Positions 17,767-27,700 of a stretch of DNA of 64,000 bases are shown here, piece by piece. The notes under the pieces were generated by a model. That model saw only the letters and a program-made list of their open reading frames with translations. It had not been told where the DNA came from and searched no databases. A program made the translations under genes and the position numbers. Within the stretch, counting starts at the first letter, position 1. Every line of letters starts with the position of its first letter. The stretch lies in assembly GCA_965214095.1 (NCBI GenBank), contig OZ243938.1, positions 3,392,001-3,456,000 on the forward strand. The letters are read 5' to 3'. Source of the DNA: Candidatus Poribacteria bacterium. GTDB lineage: Bacteria > Poribacteria > WGA-4E > WGA-3G.

Positions 17767-19119
17767 TTAGACGAGTTCATTTCCATTTACCGCTTCCAGT
17801 TCAGCGGCAATTATGAGTTGCGTTTCTCTATATTCCTTTGCATCAGGAATACGAATAAACTCAGCATTAACATCATGCGTTTTAACGATGTCTTCAATTT
17901 CCTCAAGACTAACGTTGAAGAATTCTTTACGTGTGTTGATTCTATTGACACTCCGCTTTTCAAGAACACGGTGTATTTCATTCTCAAGTTCAGGTGCGTT
18001 CTCTGAATAGATCATCGCATGAATATCAAAGCGAAACGGAACAGAAGCATCCCCAAGTTCTCTGACCCGATCATTCGGCTCCAATCTGCGAGTCATCCCT
18101 ACCTTATAGACATTTTCGCCAAAAGACCCGATATTAGATATAACATAAACATGTCCCGATTTGGTCATCTGTGCCCTTGACAGTGCGCGTTCCTTGTTCG
18201 CTTGTGCCTCTAACACTAAGTCGTTCAGACGTTCAATTTCAGATTGTAATTTGTTCTGTCTTGCTCCCGTTGCTTCTTCCACTTCTTGACGTGCTTTATC
18301 CAACGCCTTCTGATAACGTTGTTCCTCTTTCTCTGCCTCTTGTTGTGCTTTTTGCACTTCGCGTAGTGCGCGCTCTTCATCGCGTATCTGATCACGAATC
18401 CTGCGTTGTTCTTCCATTTCAATTTGGCGTTTATCCGCATATTCGTGGACAAGTTTGAGTTCATCAAGTTTCAAATTGAGATAGTCTGTCTGAATTGAAC
18501 AGTGGTGCGGTTCTCCGAGCTTGTTAATAGCTTTATATGCTGACATAATTCGTTTTTCTATACTATGAATGTTGTTATAGCGAACCTTCTGAATTATAGA
18601 ATCACATTCACCATTAAAAGCGCGCGCCATCAATTTAATTTGTCTATCAGTTTTTTGTCGCCCTTTAGCCTTGTTACCGTCAACAGTCCACTCAGTAGGA
18701 CAGATAATTGCAGACTTTTCCTTGATCATTAATTTCTGTTCTTTTCGTATTTCATCAAGTTTATCTTTATACTCAGCAGACGTGCCAAAGTCGTATTTAG
18801 GTTCATAAAGTCCGAATGATTGGATTTCCACTGTGTCTTGGACAACAGTAATCTCATCCTTTAGCGTTGACAAGTTTTCTTGAGCATCGGAGATTTCAGA
18901 TTGAATACGACTTTGTTGCGAAGTTAGCGAGTCTAATGCTTCTTTTGCATCCTTTTGTTCTTGTTTAATAGATATCCGGATCCTTTCCTGTTCCGCTTCA
19001 ACATCAAGAATGCTTTTGAATCTCGTTAAGTGTCGTTTCTGCTTGATTACCAGAGTTATGAGATAACCTACAAGAACTAAAAGTAATATCCCTATAATTG
19101 CAATAATTTCAGTTGACAT
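17767..19119 (-). CDS. DUF4041 + T5orf172/MUG113 (GIY-YIG-like) domain protein with N-terminal TM anchor
   Basis: N-terminal TM, coiled coil, RAFNGECD and GHVYVISNIGSFGENVYKVGMTRRLEP...N..KEFF motifs. Confidence 0.88.
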   Translation of the reverse strand: MSTEIIAIIGILLLVLVGYLITLVIKQKRHLTRFKSILDVEAEQERIRISIKQEQKDAKEALDSLTSQQSRIQSEISDAQENLSTLKDEITVVQDTVEIQSFGLYEPKYDFGTSAEYKDKLDEIRKEQKLMIKEKSAIICPTEWTVDGNKAKGRQKTDRQIKLMARAFNGECDSIIQKVRYNNIHSIEKRIMSAYKAINKLGEPHHCSIQTDYLNLKLDELKLVHEYADKRQIEMEEQRRIRDQIRDEERALREVQKAQQEAEKEEQRYQKALDKARQEVEEATGARQNKLQSEIERLNDLVLEAQANKERALSRAQMTKSGHVYVISNIGSFGENVYKVGMTRRLEPNDRVRELGDASVPFRFDIHAMIYSENAPELENEIHRVLEKRSVNRINTRKEFFNVSLEEIEDIVKTHDVNAEFIRIPDAKEYRETQLIIAAELEAVNGNELV

Positions 19120-19213
19120 AAAATATATCTTGTTCCTCTCTTAATAAATCTCAATAAAAATATGCTTATGAACTTCTCACACATGAGAATATTGTTTATT
19201 TGATGTCCGCTTT

Positions 19214-19558
19214 TTAACGTTGTTGGAATTGTGCTATCCGACTATGTATTCGCCGTTGTGCAGCAGGTATATCGGCTTGTTCAATACCAAAAGCACGTCT
19301 AAGAGCAAATGCCGGAACAGGACTTATAGTCATGTGGCATCGTCCGCAAAGAGTTACCAAGTTTGATAAACGATTAGATCCACCTTGACGGCGGGGCTTG
19401 ATATGGTGTACTTGTGCTTTTTTCGTTTGTCTACCACATCCTTTGCACTGTCCCTTATCGCGTTTAATAACGCGTTCACGGATTGCATGCCAAGGTTCAT
19501 TAGTACGGTATTTTGAACCTCTTTTTTTGTTTGACTGATAATACCTTCTTTTCCGCAA
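19214..19558 (-). CDS. HNH endonuclease
   Basis: RDxxxCxxCG...VHHIKP...GGSN...NLVTLCxxCH. Confidence 0.88.
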   Translation of the reverse strand: MRKRRYYQSNKKRGSKYRTNEPWHAIRERVIKRDKGQCKGCGRQTKKAQVHHIKPRRQGGSNRLSNLVTLCGRCHMTISPVPAFALRRAFGIEQADIPAAQRRIHSRIAQFQQR

Positions 19559-19616
19559 TTTTATACCTCTTCAATAACGACATTTATTGGACTAAATTAT
19601 TTGTTGTCTGTTATTA

Positions 19617-20555
19617 TCAGTATCCACCCCATAATTCTTTACGATCTGCTTTCGCACGAGACTCATAATCTGTAAACAACTCTTCATACTTGAAAGGATA
19701 ACGCTTGTCAACCTTCGCATACCCCTCACGAATCATCTCAAGATTTACAAAAACACCATCGGAAGAACGATAAACATATCCAAGTATTCTCTCGTGCTTA
19801 TCAAATTTGCTCTGGTCATAATCAAAATATACTGTTTCGTCCAACAAGAATTCCTGTAAATATTTGGTTGCTTCTGCGCTGTATGGTTCTGGTGGTCGAT
19901 TATTAGTCGTATTCGGTTCAGGGGCATTGACACCAATAAGTTGAACACTTGTGGGTTTACCTTTATATTGTATTTCAAATGTGTCGCCATCAATGATTCT
20001 TACGACTTCATAGCGAGTATCAGTATGCATCGGTAGTAAGATTAGAAAATAGACTGATAGACAAGCTGCAATTACAAACAAGGCAGATATAAAGGCAATT
20101 CTTACACGTTTCAGTCTTCGTGTTAATCGCTTGAGAACAACCTGATCAATTCGGTCCCCTATTGGCGGATCAAAAACCTGTTTTTCAAAATCAGATCTAT
20201 CAAGTATTTCTCTAAATTTGTGAGCTCGTTGATTTTCACAATATATCCATTCGTCCGGGTTATCGTTGAATGCAAGAATTCCGAAACGTGTATCCGTTCC
20301 ACTGAGGTAACTCCTGAGTTGACCACGAGCTTCTTCTGTATCTCCTACTTCTTCACTTTTACACTCAATAATTGTTACCCAATGTCCCTTTTCATCACTT
20401 AACACAACATCAGCTCTGCCAAAGTTTCGACCTTTACCCACCCCAAACTGAATATCGCATTCTGTTTTTACAGTAAAGTCTTTGAATCTGCTTTGTCTGA
20501 AATGTCTTATAACGGCATTCCGTACGTCTAGCTCAGACAGTCTGTTGTTATTCAT
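19617..20555 (-). CDS. PD-(D/E)XK nuclease - TM - thermonuclease fusion, copy 2
   Basis: RADVVL...IIECK...QLRSY; TM IAFISALFVIAACLSVYFLILL; IDGDT...GVNAPE...RILGYVY. Paralog of 12595-13536. Confidence 0.85.
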   Translation of the reverse strand: MNNNRLSELDVRNAVIRHFRQSRFKDFTVKTECDIQFGVGKGRNFGRADVVLSDEKGHWVTIIECKSEEVGDTEEARGQLRSYLSGTDTRFGILAFNDNPDEWIYCENQRAHKFREILDRSDFEKQVFDPPIGDRIDQVVLKRLTRRLKRVRIAFISALFVIAACLSVYFLILLPMHTDTRYEVVRIIDGDTFEIQYKGKPTSVQLIGVNAPEPNTTNNRPPEPYSAEATKYLQEFLLDETVYFDYDQSKFDKHERILGYVYRSSDGVFVNLEMIREGYAKVDKRYPFKYEELFTDYESRAKADRKELWGGY

Positions 20556-20596
20556 ATTTATCCTAACATGATTTCAAGGTTCTTGCTAAAGTAGAG

Positions 20597-20983
20597 TTAT
20601 TCTTTGATGATGATTACATCGCTATCGTGATTGTATATAATAGTATCATTCATGGCTTCAGCAAGTTTGCGTTTTGCATCCGAAAACTCCCAATTGGCAG
20701 CTTTCACACGGGCTTCACATATTTTTACATGTCGAAGTGCTTGCTGCATAGAAGAACCCGGCAACCAAGATTGCACTTTGGCGACATCAGAAACATTATC
20801 GCTCACGATGTTCTTTTGACTGCCTTCTAAGATATTCACTCGGTGCTTACAATGCGATCTATTCTGTTCATCCTGACATGTGCAAAATGCCGTCAGTTCT
20901 TTCCCCTTTCTTACGAATGTAACTTCGTAAGGTTCTGGTGCTGAACCTTGAACGAGGAACCGTATGCTTGCAGTTGTATCCAT
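20597..20983 (-). CDS. SWIM zinc-finger protein, copy 2
   Basis: CTC-x8-CKH; same length as and highly similar to 13579-13965. Confidence 0.82.
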   Translation of the reverse strand: MDTTASIRFLVQGSAPEPYEVTFVRKGKELTAFCTCQDEQNRSHCKHRVNILEGSQKNIVSDNVSDVAKVQSWLPGSSMQQALRHVKICEARVKAANWEFSDAKRKLAEAMNDTIIYNHDSDVIIIKE

Positions 20984-21079
20984 AAATATCCCAACTTTCG
21001 TGTGAACTGTTGTTCCTTTTCAATTCTCAAACCACAACCGTGACCGTACGGAAACAGATTGATAGATACATGTCTATCA

Positions 21080-21312
21080 AGCCGCGCTTTTGTCTCCTGT
21101 CACATGATGCACAATCACATCACCAGCAGCATCGGTTTCAAGGCGAAACGCCTATCTGCTGAACCCGTGTGCTTCCATCTGGTTAGCATAAAGAGAATGA
21201 ACTATTTTGATCTATGTGGATATTTTGGTGGGAATGTCTTACTGAATTGCGCTGTCGCGGCAGCAGGAATCGTAAAAAGCAGCAACAAGCACAAAACACT
21301 ATTATTTGGCAA
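21080..21312 (-). pseudogene. Decayed secreted-protein 5' fragment, copy 2; 36-codon leader ORF at 21312-21202
   Basis: Near-identical to 14155-14344. A shifted frame reads ...YANQMEAHGFSR*AFRLETDAAGDVIVHHVTG. Confidence 0.55.
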
Positions 21313-21329
21313 TCCCTCTCCTATAAGAT

Positions 21330-21358
21330 AGTATGCCAAAGAAATGAATTTATGTCAA
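21330..21358 (-). promoter_or_regulatory. Sigma70-type promoter for module copy 2
   Basis: Minus strand TTGACA-N17-CATACT. Confidence 0.75.
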
Positions 21359-21573
21359 GCAGTTTGTAATTTTTTGATCGGAAAAATCCAGTCATGAATA
21401 TAAGAGGCGCAATGAATTGCGCGACTACGAACCCACTATTTCTTTATTGGTATATTCTTTATTAGAAATGGTATAAATTGTGATTACTGTAATAGTGTAT
21501 TTATGCTATGATGTAAATCTGATTTGGCAACAGAATATCAAGTTTAGTATTGGCAAACTGAACAAGGGTATGT

Positions 21574-21987
21574 ATGAGACGTTACCTTTATCCTCTTTTA
21601 TCACTATTCGCATGCGTTATTATATTGGGGTGTCAATCAAAAGCGATTCAGATGCTGATTGAACCGCAGGAATCAGTGAATCTTGCGCTTGAGAAGGGTG
21701 TTACGTGTTCTGCCTCTGAAATGATAGATGGCAACTTGAAAACACTTGGCTACGCGGATGGGAGATGGATTCACTTGAGGTTACCTAAAAAGAAAACTAT
21801 ACACCGGATTGTCATCCGTGGTACGAATATAACAGATGCGATAATTTTTCAAAGATTGGATCATACCGAACTATCACATGCGGTTGCACAAGTGCAGAGT
21901 AACCGTAGTTCAGTGATAGGGATACGGACAACTGTTGTGACAGACACATTAAACATATATGTTGCTGGCACATCGGAGGTTGAGTAA
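21574..21987 (+). pseudogene. Lipoprotein with a discoidin-like domain, 5' part, interrupted by IS607
   Basis: Lipobox ILGC. Joining 21976 to 23755 restores the frame GTS-DKRKAAEYSPRYG...AYEVELYGFVSKDKK*. Confidence 0.8.
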
Positions 21988-22012
21988 CAGTATCTAAAAC
22001 TCTACATTTTTC

Positions 22013-22041
22013 TTGACATTCCTTGATATTTATGTGATACT
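22013..22041 (+). promoter_or_regulatory. IS607 left-end promoter, probably giving a leaderless tnpA mRNA
   Basis: TTGACA(22013)-N17-GATACT(22036-22041) with ATG 7 nt later and no RBS. Overlapping short repeats CTTGACATT/CTTGATATT. Confidence 0.6.
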
Positions 22042-22047
22042 ATATAC

Positions 22048-22635
22048 ATGCCTTATGTATCAGCGCGCAAAGCAAGTGAGCTGCTGGATTATACACCTGA
22101 CCATTTACGTAGGTTGGCAAATGAAGGAAAGATTGATATTATCCGCACAGGAGGCGGACACAGACGCTATGATGTTGATGGATACATCAAAAGCAAATCC
22201 CAATCAATTGCAACTGTTTGCTACTGCAGAGTATCCAGCACAAAGCAAAGAGACGACCTTGAACGACAAGTTGAATATATGCGAAGCATCTACCCCGAAG
22301 CAGAAGTTATCCGAGACATCGGAAGCGGGATCAACTTCAAAAGAAAAGGGCTTAGAACCTTATTGGAACGGCTTATGCAAGGTGATAAGCTCCAAGTTGT
22401 TATTGCCCATCGGGATAGGCTCGCCCGCTTCGGTATCGACCTTATACGATACCTCATTGAACAAAACGGTGGCGAACTCGTGGTTTTGGACCAAACAGCA
22501 CACAGTCCGCAAGAAGAACTCACGGCGGATCTTCTCGCAATCCTGCATGTCTTCAGTAGCCGGATGCACGGGCTCAGAAGTTACCGTGACAAAATCAAAG
22601 AAGATAAGAGTTTATCCAACAACAGAACAACGTGA
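22048..22635 (+). CDS. tnpA: IS607 transposase (MerR-type HTH + serine recombinase)
   Basis: N-terminal HTH (RTGGGHRRY), YCRVSS catalytic motif, DIGSGINFKRKG and HRDRLARFG. Confidence 0.95.
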   Translation: MPYVSARKASELLDYTPDHLRRLANEGKIDIIRTGGGHRRYDVDGYIKSKSQSIATVCYCRVSSTKQRDDLERQVEYMRSIYPEAEVIRDIGSGINFKRKGLRTLLERLMQGDKLQVVIAHRDRLARFGIDLIRYLIEQNGGELVVLDQTAHSPQEELTADLLAILHVFSSRMHGLRSYRDKIKEDKSLSNNRTT

Positions 22636-23704
22636 AACGCTTCGGCAGTGGTTTGGCACAGCACGTTTTACCTACAACAAAACGGTTGCTTTGTTGAACG
22701 AAACAGACACAAAAGCGAATTGGAAAGCGATAAAAACAGGTATTCTTCACGATCTACCTGATTGGAGCAAAGAAACGCCGTATCAGATAAAGTCTATTAC
22801 TATCCGTGATGCTTGTATTGCTGTTAGAGCAGCAAAGCAAAAATGTCAGAAAACAGGTGTGTTTCAATCTGTGTCTTTCAAATCTAAACGGCACCCCTCA
22901 GCTAGTATTTTCATTCCAAAGTCTTCCATAAAAAAACAAGGTGTTTACCACACCTTGCTGGGACACCTCAAAATGTCAGAGATGTTACCTGATAATATCT
23001 GTGACTCACGCCTCGTGAAAGAGAATGATAAATACTATCTCTGTGTTTCCTATACTGTGACAACTCCGAAGCGAAAGCCAAACGGAAGTGTTGTTGCTTT
23101 AGACCCTGGCGTGAGAACATTCCTCACATATTTTCATGAGCGTGGTTTCGGATGGCTTGGACACCATGCAATCAATCGGATTCAAAGACTTTGTTCATAT
23201 CTCGATGACCTATTATCTCGTGCAGCTAAAGCAAATAGACAATCACGCAAGAATATGAGACGTGCTGCAAACAGAATACGCACACGCATAAAAAATCTTG
23301 TAGATGAATTGCATCATAAAGTCGCACGATACCTTGTGGATACCTTTGATATTATCTTACTCCCAACATTTGAAACTTCAGATATGGTAATGCGTGGAAA
23401 ACGCAAACTACGAAAGAGGTCTGCCCGACAAATGTTGACGCTCTCTCACTACAGATTCAAACAGTTCCTAAAACATAAAGCGAAAGAAACTGGATCTATC
23501 GTCGTTGATGTCTGTGAAGCATACACATCAAAAACAGTTTCTTGGAATGGTGAGATGAGAAAATCACTCGGTGGACGAAAGATAATAAAAGATAGCATGG
23601 GACTCAAGATGGACAGAGACTTGAATGGCGCACGCGGGATATTTCTGCGTGCTTTGGTAGATGAACCCTGGTTGCTTTCTATAAGCAACTTGCAAACCGT
23701 ATAA
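22121..23704 (+). CDS. tnpB: RNA-guided endonuclease TnpB, Fanzor2-like clade (start codon uncertain; frame open from 22013)
   Basis: KKIRVYPTTEQ; RuvC motifs VALDPGVRTF, LPTFETSDM, CEAYTSK and DRDLNGARGI. Confidence 0.9.
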   Translation: MKERLILSAQEADTDAMMLMDTSKANPNQLQLFATAEYPAQSKETTLNDKLNICEASTPKQKLSETSEAGSTSKEKGLEPYWNGLCKVISSKLLLPIGIGSPASVSTLYDTSLNKTVANSWFWTKQHTVRKKNSRRIFSQSCMSSVAGCTGSEVTVTKSKKIRVYPTTEQRETLRQWFGTARFTYNKTVALLNETDTKANWKAIKTGILHDLPDWSKETPYQIKSITIRDACIAVRAAKQKCQKTGVFQSVSFKSKRHPSASIFIPKSSIKKQGVYHTLLGHLKMSEMLPDNICDSRLVKENDKYYLCVSYTVTTPKRKPNGSVVALDPGVRTFLTYFHERGFGWLGHHAINRIQRLCSYLDDLLSRAAKANRQSRKNMRRAANRIRTRIKNLVDELHHKVARYLVDTFDIILLPTFETSDMVMRGKRKLRKRSARQMLTLSHYRFKQFLKHKAKETGSIVVDVCEAYTSKTVSWNGEMRKSLGGRKIIKDSMGLKMDRDLNGARGIFLRALVDEPWLLSISNLQTV

Positions 23705-23772
23705 GATGTGAAATGCACAGCATTGCACGGAAATATACAGGTTAATATCATCGGATAAACGTAAAGCCGCTG
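23600..23772 (+). ncRNA. Predicted omegaRNA (reRNA) overlapping the tnpB 3' end and right end; guide from flank at about 23755
   Basis: Position follows established TnpB biology. A hairpin GTTGCTT-TCTAT-AAGCAAC lies at 23671-23689. The 5' boundary is not determinable. Confidence 0.5.
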
Positions 23773-23876
23773 AATATTCGCCTCGGTATGGTATTATTGT
23801 GCCAGAAAAGGAATTGGGAAAACCTTTTGCTTATGAAGTTGAGTTATATGGATTTGTATCAAAGGACAAAAAATGA
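23755..23876 (+). pseudogene. 3' part of the interrupted lipoprotein gene
   Basis: In frame with 21574 after excision. Its stop TGA overlaps the next ATG (ATGA at 23873). Confidence 0.8.
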
Positions 23877-24934
23877 AACGATTGATGATTGAAGATTTAT
23901 ATAGTTGGTCTGTGTTTAGTGAAGTACGTCAGATAGATTTCAACGGACATCTATGGGTTCGTGAGGAAGGGAATATTGCTATTGATCCAGTTGAAATGTG
24001 TGATGCTGATCGCGCACAATTAGAACAACTGGGTGGTGTGAAGTCCATTGTCATTACAAATCGTGACCATGAACGTGAAGCAGCCGCATTTCAGGAATGG
24101 ACAGGTGCGGATGTGATTGTTCCTGAAGCGGATGCTGACGAGATGGACATCAAACCTGCACGAACGATTAGTGATGGTGAGACTATTGTACCCGGATTAC
24201 GTGCAATACATCTTTCGTCCGGAAAAAGTCCTGGTGAAATAGCACTCTATTTTTCTGAGAAGAGTGCTATTCTATTCGGTGATATTGTTGCTGGTGAACC
24301 GATGGGCCAGTTGTCTCTACTTGCGGATGATAAGTTAGCAGATGCGCCGAAAGCAGCGATGGAACTTCGTAAGGTGTTAGGTTTGCGGTTCAACACAGTG
24401 CTCGTTGGAGATGGACACTCGCTTTTTAAGGAAGGACAGCAGGAATTGGTGGATTGCCTACAGGCGCGGGACGATATTTATATCAATCGTATCAATCTTG
24501 ACGAAATGGAATGGAAACAAAGGAAGGAAGTGGGTTCTTACGGTTTTGAGTTTAAGGATATTGATCCTCTGATTGGTGCGAAAAACATTGGCTATCGTGT
24601 TTACCGTTTGCCACCCGGCAAAGCAACATTTCCGATGCACTTGCACCATTTTGGTGAGGAGATGTGTTATGTGATGGAAGGCACTTGCACTCTCAAAACG
24701 CCTCGTGGAGATATTAAGGTGAGAGAAGGTGATTTTATTGCGTTTCCGCCTGGACCCGTTGGCACACATAAGTTTGTCAATGAGGGTGATGCGTCTGTAA
24801 CCTTATTGATACTCGGCACTACTACGCCACACGATGTGAGTGAATATCCGGATTCCAATAAGGTACTGCCTTATGTGCTTCAGAAAATATACCGAAAAGA
24901 ACCGAGTCTTGACTATTTTGATGGTGAGTTGTAG
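23873..24934 (+). CDS. MBL-fold domain + cupin domain fusion
   Basis: N-terminal IAIDP...ITNRDHER...LFGD...LVGDGH; C-terminal cupin HLHHFGEE...GTH...EYPDSNK. Confidence 0.8.
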   Translation: MKRLMIEDLYSWSVFSEVRQIDFNGHLWVREEGNIAIDPVEMCDADRAQLEQLGGVKSIVITNRDHEREAAAFQEWTGADVIVPEADADEMDIKPARTISDGETIVPGLRAIHLSSGKSPGEIALYFSEKSAILFGDIVAGEPMGQLSLLADDKLADAPKAAMELRKVLGLRFNTVLVGDGHSLFKEGQQELVDCLQARDDIYINRINLDEMEWKQRKEVGSYGFEFKDIDPLIGAKNIGYRVYRLPPGKATFPMHLHHFGEEMCYVMEGTCTLKTPRGDIKVREGDFIAFPPGPVGTHKFVNEGDASVTLLILGTTTPHDVSEYPDSNKVLPYVLQKIYRKEPSLDYFDGEL

Positions 24935-24993
24935 ACGTTACATATCTCCCCTTTTTGACCTACGTATTTGTTGGTTTGCTTTTGCCTGTGCAT

Positions 24994-25136
24994 CATAAGC
25001 GTCAATTTAGCGTCCTTCCAAGTACCGGTAGGTTCGGTTTCCTAACCGAACCGGCTTTGTGCCAAATACCTTCATAGAGGTTCTCGCGTAGGATCCGGTT
25101 CGGTTAGGAAACCGAACCTACTGTCCTGGGGAAAAC
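24994..25136. mobile_element. Family B MITE, right-truncated, with REP doublet, flanked by a 36-bp direct repeat
   Basis: Near-identical to 28384-28526. Flanks 24958-24993 and 25148-25183 match 34/36. Confidence 0.75.
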
Positions 25137-25145
25137 TTCCTCCTT

Positions 25146-26495
25146 TTACCTACGCATCTGTTGGTTTGCTTTTGCCTGTGCATCTACAAGATCAGGATCA
25201 ACAATGGCGTGTAAGGTATCCTCTAATGTGCTACGAATTGAAGCGTATTCGGGATTGAGTGCTAAATCATCATTTTCTAATGGGTCAGTATCTACGTTGA
25301 ATAGTTGCGGATGACTTCCGACGTAATGACATAGTTTGTAATCCCCTTGTTTTAACATATATCCTGCGTTTAGCATGCCTCTGTCGTGGTATTCAGAGAA
25401 AACTGCGCGCGTTGTTTCGTCTTGCTCATGTCTGGCAATTTCCAGTAGATTTCCTCCCGGTAAATCTGATGGTTTTTCTAAGCCTGCTATTTCTAACAAC
25501 GTTGGTAAGACATCAACTAAAGAGACATTTTGTGTTATGCGACCTGACTCACCTGAAGGCAAGCGTAACATCAAAGGCACTTTTACTGCGGATTCGTAGA
25601 AACATTGCTTTTGCCAAATCCCATGACTCCCTGCCATTTCCCCATGATCGCTTGTGTAAATGACGACAGTGTTTTCACGCAGCGGAGAAGTATCAATTGC
25701 TTCTAATATGCGTCCGATTTGTGCATCAAGTGCTGAGACGAGTGCATAGTAGGAAGCTAATGCACAACGGAGAGTTTCCTCTGGTGGCGGGATGTCATTT
25801 CGCCATGCCCAACGGTGATGTTGGATTATTGGGTGTTGAGAGTCCAATGGTTCGTTCCACGTGTCAGGGAGCTCAAGTGTGTTAGGGTCATACCATGCAT
25901 AATACTCAGGTGGTGCGATCAGCGGGAAGTGCGGATGCATGAAGCCACAATAGAGTAGGAAAGGTTGTGTGTTTTGGGAAGCGGCTTTTCCGTTAAGATA
26001 GTCAACTGCTATGTCTGTGACCTGTCGGTCATATCTTGTATGTTCGTGGTCTCCCGGACCGCATTCAGCGACGTGTGAATTAGAACCTCGGCGTGCATCT
26101 GCGGTGCGGTTCGGAGGATTCCCTTTTGTGTTGTGCCACCGTGGCAGATCGTCTAACAGACGTTCAGAAAAGCCGAGAAGTCGGTCTGTGCCATTGAAAT
26201 GTGTGCGTCCACAGAGTGCTGTTTCATAACCCGCGTCAGCTAAATAATCTCCCCATGTTTTGTGTTTCCTATCCAGTATTGCTCCGAGATCCCATGCATC
26301 AATCTGATGTGGATAACGTCCTGTAAGCATGGACAAACGTGAAGGCGTGCATATTGGATAGTTACAATATGCGTTATTGTATGTATAACACTGTTCGGAT
26401 AGTCGGTCAAGATTAGGTGTGCGGACAACTGGGTGTCCGCTATTTCCCATCACAGACCCTGTGTGTTCATCTGAAAATAGAAAGACGATATTCAT
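25146..26495 (-). CDS. Sulfatase (choline-sulfatase-like)
   Basis: NIVFLFSDEH, CTPSR formylglycine motif, PHFP and YTSDHGEM. The upstream ORF extension comes from a MITE. Confidence 0.9.
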   Translation of the reverse strand: MNIVFLFSDEHTGSVMGNSGHPVVRTPNLDRLSEQCYTYNNAYCNYPICTPSRLSMLTGRYPHQIDAWDLGAILDRKHKTWGDYLADAGYETALCGRTHFNGTDRLLGFSERLLDDLPRWHNTKGNPPNRTADARRGSNSHVAECGPGDHEHTRYDRQVTDIAVDYLNGKAASQNTQPFLLYCGFMHPHFPLIAPPEYYAWYDPNTLELPDTWNEPLDSQHPIIQHHRWAWRNDIPPPEETLRCALASYYALVSALDAQIGRILEAIDTSPLRENTVVIYTSDHGEMAGSHGIWQKQCFYESAVKVPLMLRLPSGESGRITQNVSLVDVLPTLLEIAGLEKPSDLPGGNLLEIARHEQDETTRAVFSEYHDRGMLNAGYMLKQGDYKLCHYVGSHPQLFNVDTDPLENDDLALNPEYASIRSTLEDTLHAIVDPDLVDAQAKANQQMRR

Positions 26496-26507
26496 ATTAT
26501 ATAGTAA

Positions 26508-26619
26508 TACCATTTCTAATTGAAAACACCGCATTTTTGTAGCACAAACTGCCAGTTTGTGCAGTCGTTCAAGACATTCTTAACAAATGTTAATGGGATA
26601 AACATTTATAGAAATGGTA
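26508..26619. mobile_element. 112-bp MITE (family A)
   Basis: TACCATTTCTA...TAGAAATGGTA with internal GTAGCACAAACTGCCAGTTTGTGC. Confidence 0.85.
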
Positions 26620-26743
26620 TAAGAAGACTTCTAAAGATGTTTCCTCTTTTGATTTAGAATGTCCGAGGCGTAATGAATTGCGCGACTACGAGCGGAAGAG
26701 ACGTGAACGTAGACCCGCACTACGATGACATTATTGCTGATGT

Positions 26744-27700
<957 letters not shown>

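Larger units (their letters stand above)
21977..23754 (+). mobile_element. IS607-family insertion sequence (tnpA serine recombinase + tnpB)
   Basis: Both junctions read CATCGGA around a GG core. There are no TIRs, and excision restores the host ORF. Confidence 0.9.

Noticed and set aside
22013-22015. TTG at 22013 as the true tnpB start
   Set aside because: It coincides with the predicted -35 box and lies upstream of the likely transcription start.
21977-22047. IStron (group I intron in the IS607 left end)
   Set aside because: Only about 70 bp separate the left junction from tnpA, too short for a group I intron core.
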